The position numbers and the translations under genes are program-made. From Scyliorhinus canicula (lineage: Eukaryota): DNA of 64,000 nt. This document shows positions 60,401-64,000 of the stretch, piece after piece. The first letter of the stretch is position 1. Each line of letters opens with the position of its first letter. Under the pieces are notes generated by a model. The model saw only the letters and a list, made by a program, of their open reading frames with translations. It was not told the DNA's origin and did not search any database. The DNA is taken from positions 562,132 through 626,131 of the forward strand of contig NW_024055462.1 in the NCBI RefSeq assembly GCF_902713615.1, in the 5' to 3' direction.

Positions 60401-63019
60401 TGAGTCAGGGAGGGTGGGTGAGTGAGAGTGTGTCAGGGAGGGTGTGTGAGTGAGAGTGTGTTAGGGTGGGTGGGTCAGTGAGGGTGGGTGAGTGAGGGCA
60501 GGTGAGTGAGAGTGTGTCAGGGAGGATGGGTGAGTGCGAGTGTGTCAGGGAGGGTGGGTGAGTGAGAGTGTGTCAGGGAGGGTGGGTGAGTGAGAGTGTG
60601 TCAGGGAGGGTGGGTGAGTGAGAGTGTGTCAGGGAGGATGGGTGAGTGAGAGTGTGTCAGGGAGGGTGGGTGAGTGAGAGTGTGTCAGGGAGGATGGGTG
60701 AGTGCGAGTGTGTCAGGGAGGGTGGGTGAGTGAGAGTGTGTCAGGGAGGGTGGGTGAGTGAGAGTGTGTCAGGGAGGGTGGGTGAGTGAGAGTGTGTCAG
60801 TGAGGGTGGGTGAGTGAGATGGTGTCTGGGAGGGTGGGTGAGTGTGTGTCAGGGAGGGTGGGTGAGTGTGAGTATGTCAAGGAGGGTGAGTGAGTGAGAG
60901 TGTGTCAGGGAGGGTGAGTGAGAGTGTGTCAGGGAGGGTGGGTGAGTGAGAGTGTGTCAGGGAGGGTGAGTGAGAGCGTGTCAGGGAGGGTGGGTGAGTG
61001 AGAGTGTGTCAGGTAGGGTGGGCGAGTGAGGGCAGGTGAGTGAGTGAAGGTGAGTGTGGGTGAGGTAGTGAGTGAGCGTGAGATCCTGAATGAGGGTGTG
61101 TGAGGATAAGTAGGTGTTTGAAAATGAGTGAGTGAGAGTGTGGCAGTGAGGGTGGGTGAGTGAGATTGTGTCAGGGAGGGTGGGTGAGTGTGTGTCAGGG
61201 AGGGTGGGTGAGTGTGAGTATGTCAAGGAGGGTGGGTGAGTGAGAGTGCGTCAGGGAGGGTGGGTGAGTGAGAGTGTTCCAGGGAGGATGGGTGAGTGAT
61301 AGTGTGTCAGGTAGGGTGGGTGAGTGATAGTGTGTCAGTAGGGTGGGTGAGTGAGATTGTGTCAGGGAGGGTGGGTGAGAGTGTGCCAGGGAGGATGGGT
61401 GAGTGATAGTGTGCCAGGGAGGGTGGGTGAGTGAGAGTGTGTCAGGGAGGATGGGTGAGTGAGGGCAGGTGAGTGAGTGAAGTTGAGTGCGGGTGAGGTA
61501 GTGAGTGAGGGTGTGTTACTGAATGAGGGTGTGTGAGGCTGTGTGAGGGTTTGGGAGTGAGTTTGGGTGGTTTACTGAATGAGGGTGTGTGAGAGCGGGT
61601 GAGTGAGGGTGTGTGAGGGTTTGGGAGTGAGTTTGGGTGGTTTACTGAATGAGGGTGCGTGAGGGCGGGTGAGTGAGGGTGTGTGAGGGTTTGGGAGTGA
61701 GTTTGGGTGGTTTACTGAATGAGGATGTGTGAGGGTGGGGGCGAGTGTGGGTGGGTGACTGAGTGAGCGTGAGAGTCTAAATGAGGGTGGGTGAGGATGA
61801 GTGAGGATGGGTGGGTGTTTGAGGATGAGTGACTGAAAGTGTGTGAGTGAAGGTGAACAAGTTAGGTTGGGAGTGAAAGGGTGAGTCAATGAGGGTGGGT
61901 ATTGCAGAATGAGGATGGATGAGTCTGTGTGAAGGTGTGACAGTGAGGGTGGATGAGTGAGAGTGTGTCAGAGAGGGTGGGTGAGGGAGAGTGTGTCAGG
62001 GAGGGTGGGTGAGTGTGTGTGTCAGGGAGGGTGGGTGAATGTGTGTGTGTCAGGGAGGGTGGGTGCGTGAGAGTGTCAGGGAGGGTGGGTGAATGAGAGT
62101 GTGTCAGGGAGGGTGGTTGAGTGAGAGTGTGTCAGGGAGGGTGGGTGAGTGAGAGTGTGTCAGGGAGTGTGGGTGAGTGAGAGTGTGTCAGGGAGGGTGG
62201 GTGAGTGAGAGTGTGCCAGGGAGGGTGGGTGAGTGTGTGTGTGTCAGGGAGGGTGGGTGAGTGAGACTGTGTCAGGGAGGGTGGGTGAGTGAGAGTGTGT
62301 CAGGGAGGGTGGTTGAGTGAGAGTGTGTCAGGGAGGGTGGGTGAATGTGTGTGTGTCAGGGAGGGTGGGTGAGTGAGAGTGTGTCAGGGAGGGTGGATGA
62401 GTGAGAGTGTGTCAGAGAGGGTGGGTGAGGGAGAGTGTGTCAGGGAGGGTGGGTGAATGTGTGTGTGTCAGGGAGGGTGGGTGCGTGAGAGTGTCAGGGA
62501 GGGTGGGTGAATGAGAGTGTGTCAGGGAGGGTGGGTGAGTGTGTGTGTGTCAGGGAGGGTGGGTGAGTGAGACTGTGTCAGGGAGGGTGGGTGAGTGAGA
62601 GTGTGTCAGGGAGGGTGGTTGAGTGAGAGTGTGTCAGGGAGGGTGGGTGAATGTGTGTGTGTCAGGGAGGGTGGGTGAGTGAGACTGTGTCAGAGAGGGT
62701 GGGTGAGTGAGAGTGTGTCAGGAGGGTGGGTGAGTGAGAGTGTGTCAGGGAGGGTGGGTGTGTGAGAGTGTGTCAGAGAGGGTGGGTGAGTGAGAGTGTG
62801 TCAGGGAGGGTGGGTGAGTGAGAGTGTGTCAGGGTGTGTGTGTGAGTGATGGTGTGTCAAGGAGGGTGCGTGAGTGAGCGTGGGTGATTGAGAATGTTTC
62901 AGAGAGGGTGGGTGAGTGAGGATGAGTGAGTGACCGTGGGTGAGAGGATGGGTGTGAGCGTGGTTAAGGAAAGGTTTATCATTGAGGATGTGTGCGTGAG
63001 GGTCAATGAGTGAATGAGT
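57480..63019. repeat. ~5.5 kb G/T/A-rich satellite, main unit ~28 bp (GAGTGAGAGTGTGTCAGGGAGGGTGGGT), degenerate at both ends, ending at the N gap
   Basis: Direct reading; C is very rare on the + strand. Confidence 0.95.
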
Positions 63020-63188
63020 NNNNNNNNNNNNNNNNNNNNNNNNNNNNNNNNNNNNNNNNNNNNNNNNNNNNNNNNNNNNNNNNNNNNNNNNNNNNNNNNN
63101 NNNNNNNNNNNNNNNNNNNNNNNNNNNNNNNNNNNNNNNNNNNNNNNNNNNNNNNNNNNNNNNNNNNNNNNNNNNNNNNNNNNNNNNN
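63020..63188. other. Assembly gap (N run)
   Basis: Ns in the sequence. Confidence 1.
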
Positions 63189-63372
63189 GATTCCCAGGTT
63201 CTCCCAGCCCATTAGGACGATGTTTCTCTGGATGAGTTTCTGCTCAGGCTCAGCTTCCTGTTGTCTGTTGTCCACAGCCGAGCTGGGGGCTCCTCCATTC
63301 GGCTCTACCACCCCCACCGCCTCCTCTTCCTCTCCATCGATCCTGTTCTGATTCTCCAAATTGATGAGCTTT

Positions 63373-63823
63373 CAGTAACACCGGCTGTGTACAGTCAGAC
63401 AGCAGTGTAGATCACTGGGCAGCTGCTTTAATACTTTCAGTAACACCGGCTATGTACAGTCAGACAGCAGTGTAGATCACTGGGCAGCTGCTTTAATACT
63501 GTCAGTAACACCGGCTGTGTACAGTCAGACAGCAGTGTCGCTCACTGGGCAGCTGCTTTAATACTTTCAGTAACACCGGCTGTGTACAGTCAGACAGCAG
63601 TGTAGCTCACTGGGCAGCTGCTTTAATACTGTCAGTAACACCGGCTGTGTACAGTCAGACAGCAGTGTAGATCACTGGGCAGCTGCTTTAATACTGTCAG
63701 TAACACCGGCTGTGTACAGTCAGACAGCAGTGTAGATCACTGGGCAGCTGCTTTAATACTGTCAGTAACACCGGCTGTGTACAGTCAGACAGCAGTGTAG
63801 ATCACTGGGCAGCTGCTTTAATG
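63373..63823. repeat. Tandem array, 65-bp unit x ~7
   Basis: CAGTAACACCGGC recurs at 63373 and 63438 (65-bp spacing) and onwards. Confidence 0.95.
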
Positions 63824-64000
63824 CCGATGTAATTTCGTTTTCCACAAATAATTTAGAACTGGGACAATGATCATTCCTGTAACTTAATGGATTTTCATTT
63901 TGCAAATGGGATTTTTCTGCCTGTAAAATTCTTGCCATATTGTATCACGGAGAGCGTGTTCTGTTTATTCATTCTTGTGATGCAGACGTCTCTGGTTGGG

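Noticed and set aside
63373-63823. CAGTG/CACTG motifs in the 65-bp repeat as recombination signal sequences
   Set aside because: No full CACAGTG heptamer and no nonamer at 12/23 spacing.

Overview
Eukaryotic, repeat-dense DNA, almost certainly from a shark (cartilaginous fish). This is inferred from the IgM sequence type and the HE1-like SINE / CR1 / L1 repeat content. Positions 1-46.6 kb are a birth-and-death cluster of finger-only C2H2 zinc-finger genes with no KRAB/SCAN/BTB domain visible. It holds two clearly intact genes (13 and 9 fingers), one small partly degenerate gene, one 7-finger array lacking its start codon, two nonsense/frameshift pseudogenes and three relics. NRF1/YY1-type CpG promoters, a degenerate tRNA-Arg(ACG), many SINEs, CR1/L2 fragments and a near-full-length L1 with a target-site duplication are interspersed. 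Positions 46.9-55.3 kb hold a complete, in-frame immunoglobulin mu constant region on the minus strand (CH1-CH4, secretory tail, TM1, TM2). No V, D or J segment is recognisable in the 8.7 kb upstream, which is almost all tandem repeat plus an assembly gap. The most intriguing signal is a switch-region-like stretch just 5' of CH1: an 18 x 29-bp array with about 31 AGCT motifs, preceded in transcription order by a G-clustered array on the non-template strand. A minisatellite rich in PU.1/Ikaros-like motifs sits in the CH4-TM intron. All splice calls and counts were read by eye; repeat boundaries are approximate.
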